From the NCBI RefSeq assembly GCF_009914755.1, contig NC_060928.1: DNA of 64,000 nucleotides; one strand, given 5' to 3'. Position 1 is the stretch's first letter, and every line of letters starts with the position of its first letter. The notes beneath the pieces are model-generated. The model searched no databases, had not been told where the DNA came from, and saw only the letters and a list, made by a program, of their open reading frames with translations. A program made the position numbers and the translations under genes. Positions 45,856-59,950 of this stretch are shown one piece after another. This DNA is from the human T2T-CHM13v2.0 reference genome, Homo sapiens.

Positions 45856-46251
45856 GCAAATGAATCTTTTAAGGTTCTACGCACAACCACAGGAGATGCT
45901 CATAGTCACCTCTTGAACACATTATCCACTGCAGAGAAGTCTAAAGCTCAAAGGATTTAGGTGATCTGTGCAAAATCACATCACAGATGAGAAAAAAATC
46001 CACTTTTTTTTGAGATATGGCCATCCATTCTATGTTTAATACCCCAAAATGAGACTCCTGCAAAACCCTGTCCTATTCCACTCTTGAAGGGCTCCATCTA
46101 TTAGAAATTTCCAAACTAATGTTATTTCCCTATCCCCTACTCAGTCTGACCAAAATTCTATATTTCACCACAATTATCCAAATCCATCTTTAAACAATTT
46201 ATGTGTATGGTACCCAAATTTTCACGAGCTGTATCTGCTGCATTTATTTCC

Positions 46252-46390
46252 TGATGTGGTTTGGCTGTATCCCCACCCAAGTCTCATTTTGAACTGTAGC
46301 TCCCACATAAAAAGGAGCTGCACAAGCTTGCTCTTGCCTGTTGCCATGTAAGATGTCCCTTGCTCTTCTGCCATGATTGTGAGCCCTCCT
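46252..46390 (+). mobile_element. THE1 LTR fragment, internally deleted and truncated
   Basis: 'tgatgtggtttggctgtatccccacccaagtctcattttgaactgtagctccca...gccatgattgtgag'. Confidence 0.8.
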
Positions 46391-46469
46391 TCACTATATA
46401 TTTGCTACTGCAATTTATATCTGCCTAATTATTTATCTTATCTTCTCCTAGGCCTATAACAAATGCTAA

Positions 46470-47245
46470 TAAAAGTTAATTTTTATAGTGTCATTCACAA
46501 TAACTTGGTGCATTGCCTGTATTGATTTCATTTAATTTTCACCATACTACAAGGTAAATACAAGGACATGCCTATTTTATAAGTCAAGAGAGAAAGGATA
46601 AGAGAATGCAACTCTCCATGGCAACTGCAGCTATTAAACATCAGAGCTTGGACCTATTTATACCCATGTCTTTTTTACTCTAATGACCAAGCTCGTCGCT
46701 AGTATCTCATGCTCACAGTAATTTTGAATGAAGGAAGGAAAGAGTAAGAAAACAGCAGAATGAATGAAACATCACATCCATGATCTATCATTTGATCCAA
46801 CCTGGCCTGCTAGATAGAGAATAATTACGTCCATTCCCTAAATAATGACCTTGTCAGTCTTTGAAGAGGACAACTCTGATCCCACCAAGGATCTTTGGCA
46901 AGATGGTCTTACTGTCTTGGTCACTACTGAGCTCTGTGACCTTCAGCTGGCTAGCATTGGCAGGCCTAGGAGTGTGATCTCTGACTACCGTGGGTTCGAG
47001 GCAGTGGAGTATAGGAATACTGGTTAAGATCATGGGTAGTTTTGAGTGATATCTGGATCCAGCACCCACTGGCTGGCTGCTTTTCATCCAGTCACTTGAT
47101 CTCTATGTGAATTTGTTTCGTTATCTGCAAAATGGGGTTAATAATGTGTTTTATGTTTCTTAAGAGAATTAAACTAGTCAATGTTTGTGAAGTGCTTAGG
47201 AAAGTGCCTGGTACACAGTAAACTCTTTTTAATTATTTGCTAAGT
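46470..47245. mobile_element. MIR fragments (~46470-46690 minus; ~46995-47245 plus)
   Basis: 'atctgcaaaatggggttaataat...aagtgcttaggaaagtgcctggtacacagtaa'. Confidence 0.7.
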
Positions 47246-48270
47246 AAACCGATTTATCTCTGCCTCTCTTGCATCTTATTTTAGCAATACAATAAAAGGC
47301 ACCTGGACTTTGTGGTGGGTGATTTGGAAAAAGTGCAGAGGAGACAACAATTTTGACTTTGTCTGCCTGAGGCTGATAATTTCTTCTGACTGATTTGACC
47401 TGTCAATTCAAAGAAGAAAAAGAAAGTTACCAAATACCTAGTCAATTCAGTTAAACATCACTTTGGCTGATTATTTTACATTAAGCTGACTGGCAGATTG
47501 CCTGAAGAGATCAAAATCGATTTTTTTTTTTTGCATCATTGGACACAGGCTGAGAGCTGACAAACGAATTTTGAATTTAGGGGACTGGTGTCTGTGATGA
47601 TTATGCCCAAGGCCATGACTCTAGGGCATGAAGAGGAAAATCATCAGGCTAATTAGGCTCCTGTTAGTGGCCAAACATCATGACTCATGGATTTGGAGTC
47701 CTGAATTGGTTTTGCTTTCTCTTTTTGGTAAAGTGTGCCAGATCTAGGTTTTCTTGGCTGCTGCAGGCTGTGTAGACTTAGGGGATGGGATTGCTATTTT
47801 CCATCAGTGTGAAGAACAGAGCTTTTCATCTGAGCTTTGTTGCCTCCACTTCCAACTTTTTTGATGCATATGGTAAGAACTTAATAAATGTGCTCTGGGT
47901 GAATGCTGCACAGGGCTGTGCAATCAATCTGCACTAAGCTAGACTAAAATTCAGAGGTTAGATAAGACCAAATTGAGAGGCATGGGTCATCCAAAAGTAG
48001 AATCCCTTTTAGGGGGAACAATGGGGTTAAAGAATGTCAGAGCTGCTGTGTTAGAACTATTCTTAGAACCCAATGCCGTTTTGAACAGCTTGGGCCCCTT
48101 TTTGAGAAAATTTGTCACTGTCCAACTGAGCTATGCTTGACAGGCCAGTTTAGGCCTCCCTTGAAAAGACAGACTGCAGTGTGTTCATGTGGATGTTTAA
48201 TGGTTTCGGGCCTCCAGTCACTATAATCAGCTACAATTAGGTATAAACGCGGACCAGCTAATTACTCTGG

Positions 48271-48608
<338 letters not shown>

Positions 48609-48833
48609 TGAGAGATCTTCATTTTCCTCACAACTCCAACCAATGCTACTTGCCACCTTTGAGGTATTGAAGGCACAATTGCATCCTGTGATGTGGGGTT
48701 GAACCTTCAGCAGCAGAAGTATACAGGTGCCTATATGGAAGTATTCATCCATCACCTCTCTCTTTTCTCATTGAATGCCTTTTCTTGTGCAACTCTTTGT
48801 GGTTTCTTCATATTTAGGTGGTAATATCTACAC

Positions 48834-48991
48834 CCTTGCTACTCAAAGTATGGTCCCCTCAACAATGGCACCTTGGAGCCTGTTAAAAAATGTAGAATCC
48901 TGCAGTTTATTCCAAACCTATAGAATAAAAATCCTCATTCTCACAAGATCCCTAGAGGATTTTAATGCACTTTAAAGTTTGAGAAGCACTG
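48834..48991. mobile_element. MER5 (MER5A1/MER5B-like)
   Basis: 'ccttgctactcaaagtatggtcc...ttaaagtttgagaagcactg'. Confidence 0.8.
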
Positions 48992-49224
48992 TACTGAAAC
49001 ACTGTTTCCTACAGAATTGTTGACAGGGGTCTAGGACTTTATTTTTAGGTAGTAAATTGGATAATTTTAGGTTTCCCAGGAATTGAGCTTTCCCTAATCT
49101 TGAATGGCATAACAATGAGAATCCCCTTTCAAATACTCCTTTGGTCCTCTTTTTCAGAGAGAGTTTGAGTTCTAAGCTAGATGTTTTAACATTTCTTTAA
49201 GACTTGTGCCTCTCCCTTTTCACA

Positions 49225-49700
49225 GTGGAAATACAGGCATAGCAACCTTTGGCAGTCAACAATATCTAGCTATAATTTAGTAATATTTCTTACTTTTCAC
49301 TGTATTTTTATGTTTATTCTCTACTTGAAGCAAATTGAGATGCTTTTCCTTCAATGGAATTGGTATAGTCTAATTTAAAAACGATTTATTTTTTAAGGTA
49401 TGAGTTGGGTTCACATAGAAATTTTAAGTAAATAATAGTAACCATGGTGCATAAATAAGGCAAAACTCATGCAGGTACTGTTTAAATAATTGTAGTTAAG
49501 CAAGCATTGAGGTCTGAAATAAGAGTATAGCCATAGCACTTCTCAAACTTGAATTTAACCAACTGGGGATCAGTTAGCAGAAACATTATGATTCAATAGG
49601 CCTGAAATGGACTGTAGGATCTGAGATTCTGAACTTCCAATAAGTTCCAAGATGGTGTTGGATGCAATCTCACTATTTCTGCAGATGCTTTGTATGGCAA
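49225..49700. mobile_element. Old hAT-Charlie MITE remnant (MER113-like) followed by a MER5B-like copy (~49533-49700)
   Basis: Weak recalled similarity; 'gcacttctcaaactt...tgagattctg'. Confidence 0.4.
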
Positions 49701-49858
49701 GTTTCTAAGAAAAAATGTCCCCACAAGACCTTCAACTACTGCATACAGAAACTCCTCTTACAGCTCTTCCTGATCCAACCAAGGTCACCAGGAAATTACA
49801 TGTGGCATGAGATCAACACTCAATACTAGTAATTATTGCCTGTCCATTTTCTCTACAT

Positions 49859-50041
49859 CAATGGTTCTTAAAATTTAGTGTTTTTTAGAATCACCTGAAG
49901 TATTTGTTAAGCCACAGGTTGCTGAGCTCACTCACATAGTTTCTATTTGAGTAGGTCTCAAGAGTGCCTGAGAATTTTCATTTCTAACAAGTTTTAGAAT
50001 GTGACGTTGCTTGCCCAGGAACTGGGCTTCGAGAACCATTG
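49859..50041. mobile_element. MER5A
   Basis: TIRs 'caatggttct' / 'agaaccattg'; 'tagaatcacctg', 'catttctaacaagtt'. Confidence 0.88.
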
Positions 50042-50429
50042 CTCTCCCCCAGTATATATACTTCTTAAAACCTACGGTGGTGATAGGGAACAGGCAGAGG
50101 ATCAAGTTGCCCAACGAAATATCACGTTGACTTGAGTAAAATCTTGCCAAATCCAATACACTACAGATACTTCTGGGGCCAAAACCCAAACAAATAGTGG
50201 AATTAGTGTGAATTTATATGATCCTAGCAAAATGTAGGTAAACTGTAACATGCTGGCCAAGATACCCACAGTCAAAGCCTGTCCACAGACACAGCATACT
50301 CAGTTTAGGAGATGAGATGGCAACACTGGACATCTGAGGAGGCAGCTTGTACTGAAGAGTGGGGAATCACATCTTAGCAATGTCAAATGAACAGAATGTA
50401 GGTGAAGTTTCCCTGCATACACTTTCATG

Positions 50430-50730
50430 CTGATTATCTCCAAGTCTTTGCAAATACTATCCTCTCAACCCGGAGTAATAGAGCATCTCCTCTTCATCTC
50501 CCTCCAGTTCAAATAACATGTTTTCTAGAAAGTCCTCTGTGAACTCCAGCCTGACTCAGTTAGGTGCTCTTTTTTCTTGAGGCTCCAAAAATACCCTGTG
50601 AATAATTTTATTATTCCATTTCTACATTGTTTTATAATTGTCTGCATATATACATTTTTGTATTTCCAGTGTCTAACAAAATACCCGTGACACATAGTAA
50701 GCATGAGTTAAATGTTGAAAGAATTCATAA
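50430..50730 (+). mobile_element. L2 3' fragment
   Basis: 'tttgtatttccagtgtctaaca...acacatagtaagca...aaatgttgaaagaat'. Confidence 0.6.
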
Positions 50731-51139
50731 TTCAGACAGATGGCTCAATCTCTAATGTTAAAATCAGGGTGGTTCTCATATCTTATGAGATTAACTGAAG
50801 ATTTAGGGGGACAGTAGGAAGTAGCTCTCAGTTGCATTTTGAATAAGACTAGGCATATAAATTTAGAACTATTTAAAAGAAAAGAAAAGTTTTCCTAATG
50901 ACCAAAGTGAGATATGTTCTCTTGAAGGAGTCATAGAAAAGAACAAAGGATAAAGTAACAATTAATATGCTACTTCTCGGAGTTAACTATTGTTGCTATT
51001 TGGGTATAACAGTATTATGTCTTCTCTTTCTATAAAAGTTATATGGATGTGTATTTTTATTGAAATAATAAATTATATACAATTTTGTTTCTCTTTTTTC
51101 CACCTATCATTATATATCTCCAGAATTTGTACCCATGAA

Positions 51140-51191
51140 TGGGGACAATTTTAACAACTTCTGACCACTTGCGCAAAAAAAAAAAAAAAAC

Positions 51192-51222
<31 letters not shown>

Positions 51223-51370
51223 AAAAAACTCTTTCATGTCCACTTCACAAAAGAAAACAGCATTGTGAATTGTGATTACTCCCAGGGACTGTATTTTATC
51301 TTCAGTGGCTGCCTGATTTTACCCCCACAATTAAAGTTGAAGGAATCCTGAAAAAAAACAAAAACAAAAA
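51140..51370 (+). pseudogene. Probable short processed retrocopy of an mRNA 3' end (parent not identified)
   Basis: Non-TE-like sequence ending 'cacaATTAAAgttgaaggaatcctg' then an A-rich tail at 51351-51372; interrupts an old minus-strand L1ME-like remnant. The 5' boundary is uncertain. Confidence 0.5.
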
Positions 51371-51441
51371 AAGAAAACATGTATTGAGATATTCTTTTCA
51401 AAGACATTTTAGTTAACAGAGTAAAATTCCATCATGAAAAG

Positions 51442-51651
51442 CAAGATTTGCAAACATCAGTACTATTGATATTTTGGACTGGATAATTTATTGTTGTAGG
51501 GGACTATACTCTTGTGCATTGTAGAATGTTTGCCAGCATCCCTGGACTCAACCACTAGATCTCCCTGCTCCCTAGATGTAATAACCAAAAACAACTCCAG
51601 ACATTGCCAGATGTCCTCATGGGTACAGAATTCTCCAGTTGAGAACCACTA
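51442..51651 (-). mobile_element. MER20
   Basis: 'cttgtgcattgtagaatgtttgccagcatccctgg...ctccagacattgccagatgtcc...gttgagaaccact'. Confidence 0.88.
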
Positions 51652-52092
51652 ATAAGGAATAATCATAATTATATTCACTCTTCTGTTGATGGACATTTCA
51701 GTAATTTGCATATTTTGATATAATATATCCAGCTTCAAAGAATGAATGAATGTTCCCTCCCCTCCTCCAGCTCTCTCTTCCTCTCTCTCCCTCTCTGATT
51801 TGCCTTCATTTCTTTCAAGTTTCTTCAGCCTGATAATTTCTAATTAACCAAGTAAAAGATGCTAGAGTTAAGAAGAATAACTGTGATGGAGCCAGTGTAG
51901 GTAGGAAGACTGACAACTTGTGATAAAATGGCTATGCTATGTGCTGAATACATCTATGTGAGAGTGCCTTGTTCAGAAGAAACAGTACCAGGACCACTCT
52001 GCACCAACCTGTGTTATAATTCTTTTCCTTCTCATATTTCTCTCATCTTGATCTGGCTCACAAGAGCATCTGTTTTCTAAGCCTCGATTTTA

Positions 52093-52501
<409 letters not shown>

Positions 52502-52619
52502 TATCACAATAGTAGGATCTTATTTAAAAAGCTGTTAGGAAGATAAATAGAAAAATACTCATAGAGTGTGTTATGACAATGCCTGGACTGATAAACAGTA
52601 ACAGCCAAATAAATAAACT

Positions 52620-53400
52620 CTATTTAAGCACAGAGAAAGGCTGGTGTGGCTAAAGCCTCTTGGATGATGGGGAGGGAGATAGGAGGTGCAGTACTAGATG
52701 AAGAAGTAAGGGAACAGATCATACAGTCTTGTAGGACAGGGTCATTTGGATTTTGAGTGCAAAGAAAAGTAGCTGGAGGGTTTGAAGTATAAATGCAGCA
52801 TGATCTGACTTATTCTTATGAAAGATCTGTCTGCTTTGCAAGAGAAGATAGAGTACAAGTGACAGTAGTACAAGTGTTAACTGCTGTAGTCCAGGTGTTA
52901 GGTGATGAGTCTTGGACTAGGGCTTTAACGGTGATGACAGTGAGAAGTATTCAGATCCAGGCCATGTCCTGGAGACCTGGAGATGGTGTTGATAGGATTT
53001 GCTGAGAGATTGCTGAGGAGTGGGAAAGAAAGAAAGGACTCAAAGAGGATCCTCAGACCTAAGCTAATGAGTGAGGATGTCTGTGCCCTTTAATGACATG
53101 AGGAAACTAAAGGTGTAGGTTGCAGGAAGCTCATTAGTCTTTTTGTTAAGGCGTAGACTCTAGAATGTTTATTAGATACATGAAAAGAGATAGTCAGAAA
53201 GTATAGAGTTTTCAATTCAGGGAGTAGCTCAAACCTATGATTCACATTTCGGAATTATGAGCATTCGGATGCTACTTAATGCCCCGCAACTGGAGGAGAT
53301 CTCTTAAGATGAGAGTGTAAACAGGAAAGAGATTGCCTCTCAGTGAGTCCCTACCCACTGGGGATGGAGAAGTGAATGCTATAGGTATAACCGAAGAGGA
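52620..53400 (-). mobile_element. L2 body fragment
   Basis: 'catgatctgactta', 'gctgtagtccaggtg...cttggactaggg', 'aggatttgctga'. Confidence 0.75.
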
Positions 53401-54459
53401 AGACTTACTGCCTACAACTGCCAGATGCCTACCTTACACCTTGGCATTGACTATGTCCCTGTTGCTGGCACAACCTCAATGGATAGAAAATGACTTTCAA
53501 GTGCTCTTGGCAGTTCAAGAATATGCCAATAATAGCTGAAATTCTCATGAGCCAGACAAGGAATGGGGTAACTAACCAAAACTAAGTTAATCTAAAGAAT
53601 ATAATGAAATTAGAATTTGTTTCATGTGGCCTGAGACTTGTACCCATGATGTCCTAATTCTACCACTGATGGTATAAATACACTTCCCTGGCTAATAGAG
53701 AGAGGGTACTTTGCTCATCATTTTTCAGATTCCCAGTGAATGCTTACATTGCCTAGTATACCAGTTTTGAAGTGTGATCTTTAAAAAAATACTCATTTTC
53801 TGCATAGTGTTAAGAATGCATTTCTCTGTGCCTGGAGTCATGAACCTGACACAGTTAACGCAGTGAAATCTACCATACATTTAATCAGAGGTACTTAATT
53901 TGATTTTCTAAAATTAAGCAGAGAATCAGTTTGCCATTAGGTCTGAGAATTACTGCATTTCTGAAGTTACTCCGCATACCCCAAAAGGGCTTTATTGGAT
54001 ATGAATAATAACAACCTACAAATATGTTGATGATAATGAGCATCTAAGTGTTCTGCAAAGAAAAAAAGACAAAGAAAATCCCTGACAAGCATGAATGTTG
54101 ACGCATGATGGCAAGAATTTTTAAAATTTATGAATATTACAACATGAAAAAATAATTATGAATAATAAAAATCTGTTACAATAATTAGCTGTAATGAATG
54201 CTCATGGTGAGTTAAATGAACTGGAACAATTTAAGGCAATAGCACATAATTTGCATTTTGTGTTATGTCAGATCATTTTATCATTAGTGAGAGAAAGAAG
54301 AAGAAGAGAAAAAGAGAGAGATGGAAGAGACAAAAGAGAGCTGAGGAGAAAGTAAAATAAACTGACTTTCTATATTTCCATCTTTAAAAAAAGTGAAAAA
54401 TGCTGCATATTGCAGTCTTTAGTTTTTGCATCCATTTCAGTTTCTATTTTGAGAGTGTC

Positions 54460-54975
54460 AATAATGTGAGAAAGTGAAAGATAATAAGTATAGCTAACAT
54501 TGAAATCAGAAAAACTGGAATGAACCTCTACCTGCCTTTTTAAATACATTATTTAACCTAGGCAACCTCCTTAACTGACCTAAGTCTCAGTTACATCTGT
54601 AAAAGGGGGTAATAATAGATGTAGCCTAAAGCTATCATGAGGAGTAAACATGTATTTTACAGCTAACTCTTAGTCCATGCTCACTATACACCTGGCATTC
54701 TGAGATACCTTCACAAAAACTAAGTCAATTAGTCCTCCTGACATCCCTAATCAGTAAGTGCTGTAATTATCTCTTTTACAGATGAGAAAATGGAGATACA
54801 AAGTGATAGAATACCAATAGTAATTACATAACAGGGTGGGATTCGGTACCCAGGCAGTCTGGCTCCTGAAAACTCTCCCTTTCGCCACTGCACTAGGCAG
54901 CTTCTCTTAGCCAGCATCATCACAATGCCTGGGACACAGCTAAGAGTTCAATACAGGTCAAGTGTGACTATTTTT
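54460..54975. mobile_element. MIR (+) apparently interrupted by a MIR (-) at ~54690-54900
   Basis: 'aagtctcagttacatctgtaaaagggggtaataata'; 'ttttacagatgagaaaatggag...cccaggcagtctggctcc'. Confidence 0.7.
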
Positions 54976-57289
54976 TCATATTACCTTTATGGTGTGAGAG
55001 AGTGCATTTGCATATTTGAACAGGCCTTGCTGTAATTAGACCAACGCTGGCCTGCAGGGTAGCGTTTGGGGATGGCTTTCAAATTTCCCCAATACAATCT
55101 AACCGGCCCTATCCAGCAGGGGTTCCTGTACTGTAAGGCAACAAAGTTACCCCAAAGTGATTTCCTCAGTTAGCGAGTGATAAGCTGCTCCCAGGCAGAT
55201 TGTCATTGCCAGCTCTGAGAGGCTAGTTCTTCATGACATTAAGCAGGATTGAAGGCCATCACTCATCAGCTCATCATCCTGGAAGCCTGGGATGACCCCC
55301 AACCTACTGACTCCCACAGGGGCATCTCTTTGATGCAGCTGGTTGAGACTTAGCTGGTACCTGGCTTGGAGTTCAGCAAGGTAGTGAGGAGTGATGAGAG
55401 GTTAGTTTTGTGCTCCCAGAGCAGGAGGACAAAAGCCCCAATTTGCCCAAGTGTCATTTTTCTCTGACCATTATCTGCAAATGAAGTTCCAGGAATACTT
55501 GAAATCTGTACCCACGCAGATAATATTAAAGAGTTGCTCATTCTAGCTCTTCAATTTTTTTTAAAAAAGTGAGCATTGAAAGGGAGTACTATTTTTATAA
55601 CCCAGTTTTGTTACTTCTGCATTTAATAGTATATCAGGAGATTTGTAAAGTGAAATATCTTAAAGTTTTCACATCTGGCAAGGAACCTGGTACGGTTTAC
55701 AGAGTTATAATAGACAAGAGTTATCAAAATGCAGACTTGCTGACCCTCTTCATTGTATTGGGCCAAAAAATAAATGCAAAACCAGAACAGAGTAAGCATT
55801 AACTAGTATTTCTCATTCTGTGCATTGCACTTTTTCCTGGATGTATCTTTTCTTTTCTTTTCTTTTTTTAGAGAAATGCAAAGACTGGGACCCCAGCTCC
55901 AGCCTTTTCCTCTTACTGTCCCACAGCTCAGTTCCTTCTTTTCTTTCACCCAGATCCCCCTCACTCACTAGCTCCCACGCTTCTGTTTGCTCTCTGTGGT
56001 GGTCCTCCTGCTTGAGGTTATCAAGTGACTGTGCACACAGCTGGAAACCTCTTTCCCCGCCTCCAGACCCCCAGACTCCCCAGATCAGAGTTCCCGGATC
56101 ACCTCTGGGAATCCCCAGGGCAAGGAGGATGGTTTTCTTTCCCTCTTTTTTCCTTTTGAGGATGTGCCTCTACTTATAAGAAAAATGCCTCTAGGCCGAA
56201 CAGAGGCCTGCAGGAATTTGCTTTTAAAGAAAAGAGAAAACAGTAAGACAAGAGGGAAGTTCTTTACTGGCAGCATTTCTCCTCTGGGCAAACAGCTCCA
56301 GTTTGAAGTTCCCAGGGCAGAACCACAGGGCTGAGTTTAAGGCACCATTACATATTCAACTATGGACAGAAAGTCAGATAGAAAATTTGCTGGGATTTGG
56401 GATGGTCTCATTCACTGAAATTTTTTTTTCAGTGTTTTTACCTAGTGTTTGCTAATTTTTACCTAGTGTTTGCCAAAATCTAACATACGAAAACTTGTTT
56501 TTGTTTGATGATAATCAGAAAGGATTGGGTTTCTTTTGCATGCACAGAGGCCCTTATTCCCAGTTGGAGTTAGCTTCAGGCAAAACAGAAAAAGGAGAAA
56601 AAAACCTCAGCCGTGGATAGCCAATTATCTCAGGTCTCTAACAAGAATTGTTTTACTGTCATTTCCTTGTCAATTGCTTTGTTAAAAAAAAGGGGGGGGG
56701 GCAGGTGGGGGGGTGGTGGTGGATTCATTTAATTACTTAAACTTTATAGTGAAGAGATGAAGACATTTTTTATCTTTGCTGAATCAATGGATTCTAGTGG
56801 TCTTCCAGGGACTGAAGAAATACTCAAAGTCCAACTTTTCGTCTTGCCATTTTTTCAGGGGAACTTTTGAAACAATTTTATTCCCAGTTTACAAATTGGA
56901 GATTCTTAAGAAATCGGTATATGGTCAGGTTGTTTGAACTGACTTTAATCAAAGAGTTCAAAGTCCCCTGTTCCAAGGCCTAGATTTGTTGTTTTTACAT
57001 TAATTGTGTGTGTTTGTCATTTCTGGGTCAAAGTAAATTTTTCTCTAAACCAAATACTTTCATGTAAGACAAGGGCAGTTGGACATCAAAATATGTATTC
57101 CCCCAGGAACTTCTATCAAACTATTTCTTTTGATAACATTCTGCCTGACATGTTCAGTGCACCCATTATATCAAAGCTGATTCTGTCTTAAAAAAAAAAA
57201 AAAAAGAAAAAGCTCTTTAATTTTGTTTTTCTTAGAAAATGCATGTTTCAGTTTTCTCTCCATGTATATCTTTAAAACCGTTGATGTAC

Positions 57290-57400
57290 TTTCAAAAGAG
57301 GATTTTCAATAACCTTGAGTAGAGATGTAGAATGCACACTTCTTATTTTGAACAACATAGAAACTGGCAGATTTAGGAAAAATTGTTAGATGAGGTCACT
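57290..57400 (+). mobile_element. CR1/L3 fragment
   Basis: 'ttttcaataaccttgagtagagatgtagaatgcacacttcttattttgaacaacatagaaactgg' resembles the decayed L3 RT segment. Confidence 0.4.
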
Positions 57401-58719
57401 TTGGGGCAGTTCTATAAAATGCTTAAGGCTGACCTCAGTGGTCATGAGCAGGATGAAGGCCTTCAAATTATGTTCTCTTCTTGGATGGTGATAGGTTGAC
57501 ACAGTGCTTAGTTTACACCATCTTTTCTATTATCATTTCCAAACTGCTGGGTTCTGACTTTCTGATGGACCTGAGCCATCATAGGGTGTCTCCTGTTGCC
57601 CAGGAGATGGATAGCTGAGATTAGGAGCAAATGACTGTCTTGGAAGCATCCATAAACTGATTAAAAATGTTATCATTGATGGATACACATTATAGAAGAA
57701 AAATATAAGGGATGGATACAGATTTATGGCCCGTCCCCTTCATTCGTTGTCCAAAATACCTTTGGGTAGAAGATTTTGAAATGAGATTTTAAGAGCTGCC
57801 CAAATATTTGTGCTCTGATAGAACTAGTGATAATAGCTATGGTAAAATAAATAATACATATCTAACATTTTTTGCACATATTTATTTTCTGACAGTTCTT
57901 GAGCATCCAGTAAATGCCAGATGAAGCATGGGGACACTGAGATAACTATACTGCTATAGCTTCTGGTCTTAGGGTACAAAGAATCTACAGAGAGAGCCAC
58001 AGGAAATCCTCAACTATTCTAATAAAAATACATGTTCAAAAACAAGAATTGAAGCAAGAGAAGAATGATCAGTAAGGGCTTCATGAAAGAAGAAACCATT
58101 GAGTTTACTTTTACAATGAAATATCTTTGGGGAGAAAATGTTGGAAACTTGACGCTGATGTTGAACAACATGTTAAAAATTGGCCAACATCAACCAGTTT
58201 GTTTAATGAGTTTGTTTAACTTCCTTTTAGCTAGGTCTACATTGAGTTTAACATGAAATTGTGGAAAGAGGCCTAACTTTTTATGGTGTCCACTATTTGG
58301 ACCTGGGTGGGCATACGATCCAAGACCTCTTATTGTTCAAAAGTTTCTCAGCTTGATCCTAATCTCTTTTACTTAAAGTTTACTAATTGTAGATATTAAT
58401 CATATCTGAAAAATACCTTTACAGTTCACTTGTTTTATGAAACAACTGTTTATGGCTGTATCTTCTGCATTTAGCACATGGCTAGGTTCATGGTGGGTGC
58501 TCAGTAAATACTTGATCTAGAAAGGAGTAGTAAATGAATAATTAAATAGTTTATTGGGTGACTTTTCCTTAAAAGTCATTGAGTTCTTTGTGAGTAGACA
58601 CACTCTCTTGTTTTGCTATTTTATTATCATTTTCTAGCATATTATTGGGAATGTTAAAAATTTCCCCTTGAAAAATTTAGCTTAAATATACAGAGATAAT
58701 AATCATTAAATGGCTGGCC

Positions 58720-59048
58720 CTATGCCCAAGGGTTCAAGAAATAAAATTGTGGTTGGCAGTCATGGTCTATCTCTAGTAAGGCGATAAACAGGGAACCTTG
58801 TTGGGGAGTGAGTGAGTGGACTGGCTAACATGAAAGATACCTGAACATGTAGAGAGAGTGGCCTCGGTTGTTAAATTTCTGCTTTTCTTTGTTTTACTTG
58901 CCTTCTGAACATACCTTGATTCTAGTCTTTGGATTCTGAGACATTTCAGTATCTCTATAAGAAATCTCAATCCCACTTTTTCCTTTTAATATTTAAGTTA
59001 TTTATATAAGCTTTTACTCCTTGTAGCCAAAAGAACTCTGAATGATCA
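58720..59048 (+). mobile_element. Old ERVL/MaLR LTR remnant (LTR33/MLT1-like)
   Basis: End 'cttgtagccaaaagaactctgaatgatca'. Confidence 0.45.
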
Positions 59049-59163
59049 CTCAGCCACTAGGGTATGCTTTGGCTGACAAGATTACTCACTACCCTGCTAT
59101 ACTTGACTTTCTCCTCCTGCAATTTTTCTGCCTTCCCTGTTCTCTTACTATCTCAAGAGCATG

Positions 59164-59210
59164 AAAAAAAAAAAAAAAAGAAAAAAAGAAAAAAGAAAAA
59201 AAAAAAGAAA
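59164..59210. repeat. A-rich low-complexity tract
   Basis: Read directly. Confidence 0.9.
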
Positions 59211-59379
59211 GATAAAACCAGCAAAATGCAATTTTTCCTTGCCTATTCTGATAGTGACCAATGGGGATTTGACTATATTTAAGTGAACGTGCATTGAGCT
59301 TAAAATCTGGAAAATAATAAATATATCCACAGTAACAGCTAATACTGTTTTTCATTTACATCCCTACATTGTGCACTGC

Positions 59380-59950
59380 ACTTTAGTGGCATTTTCTGAA
59401 AACTTCCCTGACTGTTGGCGCTCCTTCTACCCCCAGTTGGATTAAGGACCCTCCTCAGTCTAGTTTGTATAAAATATCTTATTAGTATACTTACCACATT
59501 GGTTTGTAATGATTCTGATCAGTCTTTCTCACCATGTGGTGAACTCCTTCAAATGTGAAGATCCCAACACAATAATCTCTACATCAAAGGTGTTGAAATA
59601 GTGCCTTCTGTATGAATGAATAAGTAGATTAAATACATTATTTTAAATAATTTCAACATATCAACATATATATAGTTCTTATGAGCTGCCAATTGCTTTT
59701 TAAACCCATTCTTTTAAACTCATTTATACACTCTGTTTTTAAAATTGCATTCTAGGGGTTTCTCGATTCCTAAAACTGCACTTTTCCACCAACTTTTATC
59801 TCCTCAGATAAATTGGGTTCACATTATGACTCTGCACTTTATTTGCTTCGATATTGGACAAGTCCCTTAATCTCATGAGGATCAGTTTTCTCTCATATAA
59901 AATGAGGATAGTGTCACCCACCTCTCAGTATGCTGGGAAGACAGAATTGT
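59380..59950 (+). mobile_element. L2 3' fragment (~59380-59630) and MIR (~59800-59950)
   Basis: 'gtatgaatgaataagt'; 'ttggacaagtcccttaatctc...cagttttctctcatataaaatgaggata'. Confidence 0.6.

Noticed and set aside
59164-59210. A-rich tract as a possible retrocopy tail
   Set aside because: No upstream poly-A signal or TSD was found.
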